A stretch of DNA of 58,542 bases, filler included, from Squatina squatina (Eukaryota), in the NCBI GenBank assembly GCA_031763465.1. It is 3 parts of 3 records of this genome, joined end to end, with 100 filler letters (N's around TTAATTAATTAA, not from the genome) between each part and the next. Parts side by side here need not be neighbours in the genome. Positions count along the whole stretch, not along the records: positions 14,491 to 42,281 come from JARFOE010000072.1; positions 42,382 to 58,542 come from JARFOE010000016.1; 1 more part is not named here. One strand, 5' to 3'. The position numbers and the translations under genes were made by a program. This document shows, in pieces, positions 38,617 to 49,293 of this stretch; position 1 is the first letter of the stretch, and the number at the start of each line of letters is the position of its first letter. The notes under the pieces are model-generated. The model was given only the letters and a program-made list of their open reading frames with translations. It searched no databases and was not told where the DNA came from.

Positions 38617-39338
38617 TGGCCCTGAATTTGCAGTAGTAATAATGGCAAGGCTGTCAGTGCTTATTTACCCGTTATTACTGGGTAAAACTGACAGCACCTT
38701 CTGGCATCGACACATGCAGAAATCCAGAAGTTGCTGTGAGAAATACGCTGCTCCTCCACAGGGTGTGCTGTTGAACTCTTTGCCGATGGAATCAATGCAT
38801 AATCACTGACTTGGCATGAACTTAAACTAATTAACCACTATTCTCACTGTAAAGACCAATGAAAAACATGAGCCTTGTTCAATCAGGAGTTACTGAGTTT
38901 TTAAGTCATAATTACTGCTGAACAACCTCTCTGGCTCTGAAAATGTTATTTCACAAGTATGTAGTCTTCTTCACTCTGAAGAAAATTTAAATGCTGCAGA
39001 TTTTTAAAAGAATTAAAATACTTTTTAAATGTTTGTGTTTTGCTAGTTAAGTTTCTCCCTTGATCCCATATGTATGACCCAAACTTTATTTTGCTTTCTG
39101 TAAAATGATTTGAATATAATTTCCTGCTCTGCCATCTGTGAGAATTCTTCAATCTGATTTGTTTATCAGTTTCCCTGCTGCCTGCCCTTTCAAATACCCA
39201 ACAGAAGGTGCAAAATTTAAACTGACATCGGAAAAGAGGAAGCCTGCATTTTAGAGCCCGCTAAAACTTTGCAGGCAGCTTTTCTTGAGGTGAACAGTGA
39301 GTGCCTTCCCTTCACTCCTGACCGCAAAATCCGGGCCC
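38617..39338. mobile_element. Non-autonomous Harbinger-like DNA element, ~720 bp
   Basis: Left end GGCCCTGAATTTGCAGT versus right-end reverse complement GGCCCGGATTTTGCGGT (14/17). Flanked by TAA (38614-38616) and TTA (39339-39341), the TWA target typical of PIF/Harbinger. Confidence 0.7.
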
Positions 39339-39950
39339 TTATTCTTTCACTTTTTTTAGAGCCGATTAACTCAACAAGTACGTCAGAATCAAATGGGGTT
39401 AAAATATGTTAACCTACACATACTTGTTAATATACAATGATTGGAAAATAACCATTGTATAAACTCCATAAAGAGTACAGAAACTGTAATTGTCTCAAGT
39501 ATGCTCTGTAATGCTATGGTCTTAAAAATAGTAGATTAAAATGGTATTGAAGTGATTGCACTTCAAAAACTTTAAATCAAAAAGCTGGAATTAAAAGCTG
39601 AATTAAAGAGATATCTACATCATAAATCAACTCTGAATTTAGTAGCAACCCACAACAATGACAGAGAGGAAATTATATTGTGGTTCAGAACTAGCAACAC
39701 CTGAGGTTATCATGCAAGTTCATTGGGACAGTAGTGTTATTTCTAGTATTGTGCTTCATATATGAAGTGTAGAACATTGTATCACTGGTTGGATGTAAAG
39801 GGGAGAGGAGTTAGATGTTATAGCACTGTTATTTCACACATGAATGGAATACAAAAAAGAATAGGAACGATGCAGAGGAACACACATGAGACATCTGGAA
39901 TAGTGCTGCATTTGTTCTGTGAAGGACTTGAATTTGAGCATGGCCTATTA

Positions 39951-40122
39951 GGGGCAAAGATTGGTCTATGCGTGTAGCACAAAATAGGCTCATAGATAAG
40001 CCTGTTTTACACCACGTTCAATTTTCTACGGTAAAGGAAAAGAAAATCAGAGTGGTGTAAAACAGATTGCTGATTTACTATGAGCTAGCTTCGCACTACT
40101 GGCATAGACCAGTTTCAACCCC
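39951..40122. mobile_element. Fold-back MITE
   Basis: GGGG...TGGTCTATGC pairs with GCATAGACCA...CCCC. Internal CTGTTTTACACCAC pairs with GTGGTGTAAAACAG (14 bp perfect). Confidence 0.75.
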
Positions 40123-40254
40123 ACTGTGACCAGTTTGGTCTGGGTATAGTCTATGCTATACTGAAAGTTTTGCCATTTGTATCCATCACCAGTGAAGAAA
40201 GTAATACAGCCCTGTTGAGGTGATGCATGTTGTTGATTAAACCTTTGCCCTCAC

Positions 40255-40519
40255 TTGTCTATTTTCTCCAATAAGCAGACAAAAAGATAATAAAACATCA
40301 GGTCATAAGCTTTAAAACTGTCATATGTGACAGATGGTACCAACAGTGACCTGCTTCCCGAACATGCTTTTTTACATTCCTCAAGAGATTTCACTCTGGT
40401 ATCAACAGAGGCCATTTTTACCTTGTCAAGAAGAACTTCAGCTGCACTATACGATGGCTGGCAAATTTTCAACAATGCTGTACCTTTTGATCCATGTTGG
40501 AATTTGAAAAAAAACTCGC
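40255..40519 (-). CDS. Unassigned candidate coding exon
   Basis: Stop-free stretch of about 88 codons in AT-rich DNA between tacag| and AA|gtgagg: EFFFKFQHGSKGTALLKICQPSYSAAEVLLDKVKMASVDTRVKSLEECKKACSGSRSLLVPSVTYDSFKAYDLMFYYLFVCLLEKID. An alternative internal donor AAG|gtaaaa lies near 40421, so the boundaries are uncertain. Confidence 0.35.
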
Positions 40520-40715
40520 CTGTACTTGTAAAGCAGAATGATTAATGATATCTGTTCATCTTGTATTATTCATGATAATCAACGTTATGATATAATTAGT
40601 GAGAAACATGCATGGCATTGTGCTTAATGTTTACACAGGTTGTTTTGATAGTTACAGTTCAGAGCTCTGTAAATAGAACAATAAGTGGGCTGCTGTAATC
40701 TACTTCTGGAAAACT

Positions 40716-41087
40716 TTTTTTTTCTAATTTATTCATTCATGGGACATGGGCATTGCTGGCAAGATCAGCATTTATTGTCCATCCCTAATTGCCAGAGAAA
40801 GGTGGTGGTGGTGAGCCACCTTCTTGAACCGCTGCAATCCCTGTGGTAAAGGTACTCCGTGACTTTGTCGTAGCCATTTGGTAAAACGGAGTTGTTTGCT
40901 CGGCCATTTCAGAGGGCAGTTAAGAGTCAACCACATTGCTGTGGGTCTGGAGTCACATACAGGGCAGACCGGGTAAGGACGGCAGGTTTCCTTCCCTACC
41001 CTAATAAAAAAGGACATTAGTGAACCAGTTGGGTTTTTAATGACAATCTGGTACTTTCATGGTCACTATTACTGATACTAGCCTTTT
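40716..41087 (-). mobile_element. Second SINE family, 3' part with A-rich tail
   Basis: ccatttcagagggcagttaagagtcaaccacattgctgtgg is the reverse complement of the 27647 copy. Ends in aatgaataaa plus poly-A on the minus strand. Confidence 0.8.
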
Positions 41088-42281
41088 NNNNNNNNNNNNN
41101 NNNNNNNNNNNNNNNNNNNNNNNNNNNNNNNNNNNNNNNNNNNNNNNNNNNNNNNNNNNNNNNNNNNNNNNNNNNNNNNNNNNNNNNAGATGCTGCCTGA
41201 CCTGCTGAGTTTTTTCAGCTGTTTTTGTTTGTATTTGACGAATTTTATGCATTCTGGATTCTGATCCACACGATCGCCTTTTTTTTAGCTTGTATCTATC
41301 ATCTATACCTTTTAATAAGCTACGGTAATGTCTGAAGATATAATTGTTGAAGAGCACTGTCACCATGGAGAATTGCTTGGTTACATTTTTGTATTAGGTT
41401 CCACATGCCTCAGTAATGTAAATTGTATCAAACACTGGCAATATGTTGCTTGAGCAGATGTCACTGGACAAACATGAGGCACACAGTTCTTCTGGTCTCT
41501 TCCCTTTCTTAGTGTTTCCCTCTTCACTTGAATGTTAAAATTGTACATATTTGAGTGTCTGAGCCATCTATCTTCACTTGCATCTGAAAAGATTTATTTC
41601 CATGAAAGTAGCCAGAATTATACACTATCTAATTTCCTGGTAGTTCCATGTCATGTTTTTTTTATGGGGATGGGAGTGTCAGATTTCAGGGAATGTAAAT
41701 TCAAACTCTCAGCTTTAATTAGTCATTTTACCCATCTCTTATTTCTCTAAAGGGACTCCACCAGGACGTGAGCTTCCTCTATGCTTGACATTGAACTTAC
41801 TCCCTATTATTCAAACTACATCTGCCTACTGGTGCCTTAATGTACATAACTCTGACCTTTGCCTTCCCTGAGTTCCTCAAGTCTGACTTGCAACGTGCCC
41901 TGGTTCTCAGAGTAGCTGTTTAAATATTGAAATCAAATACCAAACAATATTCATGTGGCCTGCCTGCAAAAACAAAGAAAAAAAATCAACGTAATTTAAT
42001 TAAAAATATATGTTCAAAATTACCTTGACGAGCACTCTCTAATCTTTCGCACAAGTTGGAGCTATGCGAGAAGAATATGAAACCAGAGGCCAAGTGGTTC
42101 CACGCCTCTGTGATATCAAAACTCACTGAGACACCAAAAACATCAGGATGCACTGCCTCCAAAATACGATTGAAGCACTGTGCATGGAGCTTAATTGGTT
42201 CCAATACCGAGTAACTTATAAATGTGTGGTAAAGTGTCTTAATGGAATATCTCTCAGAAGCTCAGTGTACCCCATCAGGAC

Positions 42282-42381
42282 NNNNNNNNNNNNNNNNNNN
42301 NNNNNNNNNNNNNNNNNNNNNNNNNTTAATTAATTAANNNNNNNNNNNNNNNNNNNNNNNNNNNNNNNNNNNNNNNNNNNN
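42282..42381. other. Artificial scaffold-concatenation linker
   Basis: Exactly 44 N, then TTAATTAATTAA (42326-42337), then 44 N. Identical to the first linker. Confidence 0.97.
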
Positions 42382-42746
42382 TTATGTGCTGTATTTTCTA
42401 TGTTCTATGTTCTTGGAGCGCACAAGTGCCGGTTCGGGGGCGAAGAGTTCAGCAGCGCCACCAGTGGCCAGGAGTGGTGATGCCGTGTTGTCAGAGCTTT
42501 TCCCTCAATTAAAGGGAAGGTCTCCCTGCCGCGAGCTCTGCAGTGTTTAGACAAGTTGCTACACTCAAGCAGAGAGCTGTGCTAACCGATCGTGGCACTT
42601 AACCCCCGGCCAAATCCCGTGTCAGCTGTCGGGAGCGCCGCTGACCGCCGCAAACCCTTTACCACCTGGCTAGCGCCTACTGGAGGCGCAAATCGGGCGA
42701 GTCTGAAAGGGGAATTTCGCTCCCTAAAGCTCTTTGCTCCCGTTAC

Positions 42747-42950
42747 CTGTATAGATGTTGCAGTATTTCCCCCCGTACTGGGAAATGACCTCTGGCCCAA
42801 TGCAGGCTTTCGACAGAGATGGGAATTTGCTCAACTCTTTGTAGATCCCAGCAATCTCCTTGGGATTGGTGACCACCTTCACCCAGAAATGAGAGTATGA
42901 GTTATCCATGGGATCAAGTACAATTTTGAAGTTGATCCTCCACCGAGTCC
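42747..42950 (-). CDS. Unassigned candidate coding exon (204 nt, symmetric phase 1-1)
   Basis: Acceptor catatttcag and donor CAG|gtaacg. Length is divisible by 3 and the frame is open: TRWRINFKIVLDPMDNSYSHFWVKVVTNPKEIAGIYKELSKFPSLSKACIGPEVISQYGGKYCNIYT. Protein not recognised. Confidence 0.55.
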
Positions 42951-43092
42951 CTGAAATATGGTTTGGTTCACATGTGGCACAAGGCATATTTTATTTATCA
43001 GCTAAAATCATTCGACATTTTAGCACAAGAACAGGGTCAATCTATACTGATGTAAAGTATTATCATTACATAATTTCCCTTTCAGTACTTGC

Positions 43093-43338
43093 ATCAGTGT
43101 GGCTCAGTTGGTACACTCTCCCAGCTGAGTCAGAAGGTTCAAGCACCATTACAAAATTGAGCACGTAATCCAGACTCACATTGTAGTGCAGTACTGAAGA
43201 AGTGCTGCATTGTCACGTGTACTCTTTTGGAAGAGATATTAAACCGAGACCTTGTGTGCTTGTTTAAGTAAACATAAATGATCCAAAGGCGCTAGTTAAA
43301 GAACAGGAAATTCTCTTTGTGCGCTTGCCAACATTCTT
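43093..43338 (+). mobile_element. Same SINE family, 5' half
   Basis: A-box tggctcagttgg, then ctgagtcagaaggttcaag and gagatattaaaccgag. Truncated by a gap. Confidence 0.75.
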
Positions 43339-43438
43339 NNNNNNNNNNNNNNNNNNNNNNNNNNNNNNNNNNNNNNNNNNNNNNNNNNNNNNNNNNNNNN
43401 NNNNNNNNNNNNNNNNNNNNNNNNNNNNNNNNNNNNNN

Positions 43439-43617
43439 GAAGTGTTGGAGGAGGATGGTGTGGTGGACTATGTCAAAGACTGTAGAGAGGCTGAGAAGGA
43501 TGAGGAGGAATAGTGCATCGCAGCCACGGAGGATGCCATTCATGACTTTGCTTCGGGCCATTTCAGTGCTGTGGTAGAGGAATAAATCTGATTGAAAAGA
43601 TTCCAACATGAAGTTAT
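43439..43617 (-). mobile_element. L2 LINE RT fragment
   Basis: FLYHSTEMARSKVMNGIL...LLILLSLSTVFDIVHHTILLQHF, a degenerate form of HSTETAL.KV.NDIL...LLDLSAAFDTVDH.ILL.RL. Confidence 0.85.
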
Positions 43618-43974
43618 AATCCACCAGTTTCATTTCTCCAAGACCCTCTAATAACCATTCATCTTTTATGATTATTGCTCTAAATTTAAGCTTTTATCTT
43701 ACAGCAAAAATCTGTACAATTCCTCTTTAAAAGACTCTACAGATGGACAAAACTAATTAGGTTGTTTTACTTTCTGATCGTCTTCCTACTACTGAATGTA
43801 TCACAACTGTGGGCATTCCATCTGCCTGAAAGTATACCCCTCAATATAATCACTTCCCGGAAACAGGATTAGAGAGGCGCCTAATGTATAAATGTATGAC
43901 CTTCTGATTGGCACTGCCCTAAACATTTGGTGCATGAGGCTTAGAAGAATTTTTGATTTCTGTTTTTGTTCCAG

Positions 43975-44101
43975 AATGGTCTCAGAGGGATCTGGAGCGA
44001 GCTGAGCGGGTGAAGTTATGCCGAGAGTACATTGTATTCTATGATGAAAATTCCATTGTGCACACTGGCCCTTCAGGAAAATGCACAGAACTGCGGGGCG
44101 A
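43975..44101 (+). CDS. Unassigned candidate coding exon (127 nt, phase 1 to phase 2)
   Basis: Long pyrimidine tract ttttgatttctgtttttgttccag and donor gtgagt at 44102. Only one frame is open: WSQRDLERAERVKLCREYIVFYDENSIVHTGPSGKCTELRG. GC content is higher than in the flanks. Confidence 0.65.
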
Positions 44102-47100
44102 GTGAGTATAACCAGGGCAGGGCCATGTACGAATCAAGAGGTCATTGATTGTTGATTAAGCTCTACCTCTGGCAAGTTTGACTTCAGTGCTTCATCATTG
44201 TTCAGGTTTCTGTCCTTTTCAGAGTAACATTTCCCCCTGCACTTTCCTTCATTTTGTCTCCTATCCTGTTGAACTACAGTTTGATGGATATCGATGATTT
44301 GTCCAAATTCTTTGTGTGAACTAGGATAATGAGTTTGGCAGNNNNNNNNNNNNNNNNNNNNNNNNNNNNNNNNNNNNNNNNNNNNNNNNNNNNNNNNNNN
44401 NNNNNNNNNNNNNNNNNNNNNNNNNNNNNNNNNNNNNNNNNAAGCAAGAAGAAAACATTAATGCTGGGTCAGCCTGGTAATACTGTTATCTGTTAGTGTT
44501 GTTTATTCCCAAGAACATATTTAGGAGAATCAGTAACCGTTAGCGTTCACTCAATAAATGTTAACTAACATTGACAACAGCTGAATGTACAATCAGAGCA
44601 AATTAAACCTCTCCAAGACTGTAGGGACGGCTGGTTTGGGAAAAGAAAAATGTTAGACCGTTGCAAAAGGGAACTCATCTAAGACTGGGGTTGAGGTACA
44701 TTGCTGAGACCAAGCAGAGGAAGCTTTACCTTGTAGATGGAAAGTTACAGAACAGCACTGGTAGAATCCTAGAAGAAGGTTGTTTTATCTGTCCTTTAAG
44801 CCAGAAAATGGGCTGTACCTGACCTGCTAGTCTTGATGCCAAAACAAAGTGCCTGAAATAGAATAGTGGTTAATTTCCCAGTACTGATATGTCATCTTGA
44901 CAGACTATGTGGGAACTGTGGAAAATGGAACTGGATCCATCAGAACAGCACTTTCAATAATAATGCTGTGTAGAGATTGAAAGTCAGCTCGTTAATATGT
45001 GTGATACTTGCTAAAATTAGCTCCGATCTCAGAGTTATCAACAGGTGCAAAGACTTCCAGCATTGTTGCCTCAACCCACCATCTGAGCACACAGACAAAC
45101 ACAGGAGGGGAAAATAAACCTTGAATTGTATTTCTCTCCTCTGCTTCTTACTGTGCCCTGTACCAGTTTCTGGCTTAAAGGACAGATAAACAACCTTCTT
45201 CTAGGATTCTGCAAGTGCTGTTCTGTAACTTTCCATGGTGAGAACAGCCTGCATGATGGGAACCCATCGAGGGTGCAAACTGAATGATGCAGTGAGTTGG
45301 AGCCTCACAGTGCTGACTGTTTCTAGCTTTTTAAATTATTAATGTGTCACTTGATTTACCATTTTGTCTTGTGACTTCATGCACTTTTGTTTCTACATCA
45401 GATCAGCGCTATACTGTGTGGACCTAACAGGGAGTGAATGTTGTAAGTGATGTTTCTCAGTTCCATTGTGCACTTTGTGTCCAATTGCCCATGAAACATT
45501 TTGCAATGTCAATACGATTACTTCCGTGTAAAGGAGTCTTCCAGATACCCATTATTCCCAGTGTAACATTCCCAGGTACCCGTTGGTCCCAGGTACCCGT
45601 TATTTGCTGAGTAACTCCGCCCCCAAATTATCTGGATGCGTTTTTTCCTGGCAAATTAGGTTGCATGTGCCAGAATGGATTGTACTTCTGTTCATGAAAA
45701 CATTCTGAAATTGCTGACTTTACTTTTTCACAGTGCAGATTTCTTCAGGAATAAATTCTGTATATTCCCCATGCCTTAGTCCTGACCAGCGTCATGTTAT
45801 TTACCTGGAGGGTGGCAATGTTAGGACCCACCATCAGTGCTACAGCCTGTCCTTGGTTAGTATCTTCCTCCATGGGTCAAATTTATTCCAAGAATGTTGT
45901 GAATGAAGAAATGTTTTGCAGATCTCTACAATGTCAGAAAACATCTGGATATTTAACATTGCTGCTCTAATGCTCAAAGAACTATATGGTATAGTTTCAA
46001 GAACTGAACAGTTACCGTAGAATTTAGCCACAGGAGTTATGGGCTTAAAGCTTCCAGTGGCTCTCTATTTTTATTCTCGGCTGAACTTGTGACAATTATA
46101 AAAATAATTTTAAAAATCAACAACCTATATAGTGTCTGTAATGTGGAAAAATGTCCCAAACACTAATAGAGAGAAGAAAATGGATTCTGGTTCAAAAAAG
46201 GAGATATTAAGAGTGGTGACCAAAAGCTTAGTCAAGGAGGTGGAACGGGATGCTGCCTCTGGCTCCGCAACAGTGCTGTAGCTACTGCTGGCCCATGCTT
46301 GCCCCCCACCCCATGCCTGTTACCCTCTCTTTGCNNNNNNNNNNNNNNNNNNNNNNNNNNNNNNNNNNNNNNNNNNNNNNNNNNNNNNNNNNNNNNNNNN
46401 NNNNNNNNNNNNNNNNNNNNNNNNNNNNNNNNNNNNNNNNNNNNNNNNNNNNNNNNNNNNNNNNNNNNNNNNNNNNNNNNNNNNNNNNNNNNNNNNNNNN
46501 NNNNNNNNNNNNNNNNNNNNNNNNNNNNNNNNNNNNNNNNNNNNNNNNNNNNNNNNNNNNNNNNNNNNNNNNNNNNNNNNNNNNNNNNNNNNNNNNNNNN
46601 NNNNNNNNNNNNNNNNNNNNNNNNNNNNNNNNNNNNNNNNNNNNNNNNNNNNNNNNNNNNNNNNNNNNNNNNNNNNNNNNNNNNNNNNNNNNNNNNNNNN
46701 NNNNNNNNNNNNNNNNNNNNNNNNNNNNNNNNNNNNNNNNNNNNNNNNNNNNNNNNNNNNNNNNNNNNNNNNNNNNNNNNNNNNNNNNNNNNNNNNNNNN
46801 NNNNNNNNNNNNNNNNNNNNNNNNNNNNNNNNNNNNNNNNNNNNNNNNNNNNNNNNNNNNNNNNNNNNNNNNNNNNNNNNNNNNNNNNNNNTGACTTGAT
46901 CCTTCCAGCAGAAGAGATACTGCTTACACTCGCAATGACCCTCACAAGGAGAAGAACATTTTTTAAATGAGTTCCTGACTTATTGATGTTATTAAAACCA
47001 GCCTGGTGGCATTCTCGTCGTGGATTAACTCAACTATGTTATACATGTATTGAAGCATAACTGTGCAGTAACCAAGCTGCTCCTTTTTCTTCCTGTAACC

Positions 47101-47120
47101 GATGATATATTTTCTTTCAG

Positions 47121-47181
47121 TATAACTTGGACAAAAAAGTAATCTCAACTGTGGTGAAGATTGTGGATTATCCAACTGTGG
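47121..47181 (+). CDS. Unassigned candidate coding exon (61 nt, phase 0 to phase 1)
   Basis: Acceptor attttctttcag and donor G|gtaagt. Only one frame is open: YNLDKKVISTVVKIVDYPTV. Confidence 0.55.
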
Positions 47182-47224
47182 GTAAGTGGTAGGAAGTCTT
47201 ATCATTTTTATTTTAAAAAGATAC

Positions 47225-47570
47225 AATTTTCTCCTCCCCCCTGAAGGCAGTGACTCATGCTGGGACACTGTTCCACGGGTACCAGATGCCCTTTATCCCA
47301 AGTGACAGCCTGCACGTGAGTCTGATAGGTGATTGTCAGCAGCCTATTCCTCCATGGTCATATGCACATTTTCCAGGTGAACTCACTGGACAATGATCAG
47401 CAGCAGAAACCATGGCATATTTTTCTGCTCCCAAACCTGGCGGCCCTATGGGTGAAAGATAATGTCCCAGCTGCTGCCTGAATCAGCTCAGATAACACAG
47501 CACAGACTAGAGAATGAACCCTGATCCATCCAGTTCTGAATATATTAGCATTTACACATTGAGCCAGTGT
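47225..47570 (-). mobile_element. Old, diverged third tRNA-headed SINE-like family (related pieces near 36100-36440 on +, and 1005-1190, 14290-14390 and 44230-44341 on -)
   Basis: Minus strand begins cactggctcaatgtg...agggttcattctc (A/B-box-like). Shared body ctgaaggcagtgactcatgctggg..gttcc resembles ctaaaggtactgactcttcgctggggtatggttcc at ~1017. Confidence 0.5.
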
Positions 47571-48197
47571 TGAGCCAAAGAAGTGTATACTTCTAAGTTC
47601 CTATTTAAATCACTGTTTACATTTTTCATTATATTATTTTTGACTGTTCCAATTGGTTTCAGCATTCCCAGTTCAGAAGATAGAAATTGCTAGACAAAGA
47701 AAGGTCAGTCTATCTATCGCCTTCCACCATCCTGGTAAAAAAAGAAGGAAAAGAAAATCTTTCATTTGTATAGCACCTTTCATGACCTCAGAACATTCCA
47801 AAGTGCTTANNNNNNNNNNNNNNNNNNNNNNNNNNNNNNNNNNNNNNNNNNNNNNNNNNNNNNNNNNNNNNNNNNNNNNNNNNNNNNNNNNNNNNNNNNN
47901 NNNNNNNNNATTCTGCCTGCAAAATAAGATATCCTGAGGTGGTTACATGCAAGCTTAATTGCCCCTTTGAATGATGTTTTTCACAGTAGTTCTGCGGTGT
48001 TATGGTTTACTGTGTACAATCTTGTAGTGCTAATTAGAAATAGCTTGGAAACTCTGAACTGTTTTAACTGGTAAGGCTGCAGAGCGTAGTATGGTGTTTG
48101 TATGATAGAGTTTTTTTTTACATCTTTGTCATATTGCTGGCCAATTTTCTCAGGGGATTTCACATCCTGACTTCTTGCTCACACCAGGGAGACTCAC

Positions 48198-48362
48198 CTA
48201 GTCCTATGGCAGCAGAGATCTACTTTATTTTTTCGATGGTTCTTTTGAACTGCTGCAAGCTGCACTCTTTCCGCTTCTGTCTGGCTTCTGATGGGAGAGT
48301 GGCACCAGGTGGGAATATGAATGAGGGAGGGCGATGGCGAGGAGCTGGCATCAAACCACGTA
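48198..48362 (-). CDS. Unassigned candidate exon (165 nt)
   Basis: Acceptor gatttgatttcaag and strong donor TAG|gtgagt. Length is divisible by 3 and the phase 2-2 frame is open (TWFDASSSPSPSLIHIPTWCHSPIRSQTEAERVQLAAVQKNHRKNKVDLCCHRT). A second frame is open almost to the end. Confidence 0.3.
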
Positions 48363-49149
48363 CTTGAAATCAAATCCGTACAAAACCGTACTCACATCAA
48401 AAAGAAAACTTGTGAGGCTCGGATGCTAATTTTGTCTTCCTATCACAATTATCTATGTCCTCTTCTGTAGGCAATGAATCATGCTGGGCTACAGATATCT
48501 TCAAGTCTTTAATGTTCTCGCAAATGAACATGCTTCCTATGCGCAAGTTTACAGAGGCATCATGGCTAAGTCCAATCTTCTTCTCAGCAAACAACAACAA
48601 ACAACAACCTGCATTGATGTAGCACCTTTAGCATGTTTTGTCAAAAGACTTCATATTAATTACTATTTGGAGTGCAGTGACTATCCATATGTAGACAGAT
48701 CAAAAAGAGGACTGGAAAGGAGCTGCAGGTTTACTATCATGTGTCAGTAGCCCACTCAGCCATGTTAATGTACATCTTGATGCCATCTCTCACACAGTCC
48801 ATGTGCTTCATTCTGCAGGGGGACCCAACTCGGTCTATGTTGCTAGTTGGATGTTGCTGCCTGTTGCTCTTTGTAGGCTGGGATATGCAGTGCTGCTTGG
48901 TTAGTACCAGATTCCATAATTTTATTTTTGCCGAGTTTTCTCCCCTACTCCACTCCAGAAGACATTGGTTCCATTTTGGGTGCGATCCTGTGTTAGCCAA
49001 TTGTTCTACAGCACCTTACCCATTTGATCAGCTGAATCCAATTTTGTCCTCATTTGGCAACCACACAAAGAGGTCAGTTACTAACAGCCAAGAGTGGGAA
49101 ACCGGGTTCATTTTTCCTTTTCTGCTTCCGGGGCTCTGAGGACATTGTA

Positions 49150-49293
49150 GCTCCCCAGAATGATCCTGGAGTAGTGGATGTTTTTGGCAGAGGAGAGTGA
49201 GGCCTGGTAATGCTTGATATGGTCCAGCCAGATCTGATGATGGATGGCTAAACCAGTTGTTCTCTAGATATGCCTAAATCTGCACCCGTGGGA
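49150..49293 (-). mobile_element. L2 LINE ORF2 linker fragment
   Basis: RTTGLAIHHQIWLDHIKHYQASLSSAKNIHYSRIIL, typical of the EN-RT linker of L2 ORF2. Confidence 0.65.

Noticed and set aside
42030-42178. Resemblance of HPDVFGVSV..DITEAW to telomerase RT
   Set aside because: The following motif A (KxDxxxAYD) is absent.
42453-42470. Second CTCF-like motif GCGCCACCAGTGGCC
   Set aside because: It is one base short in the core spacing.
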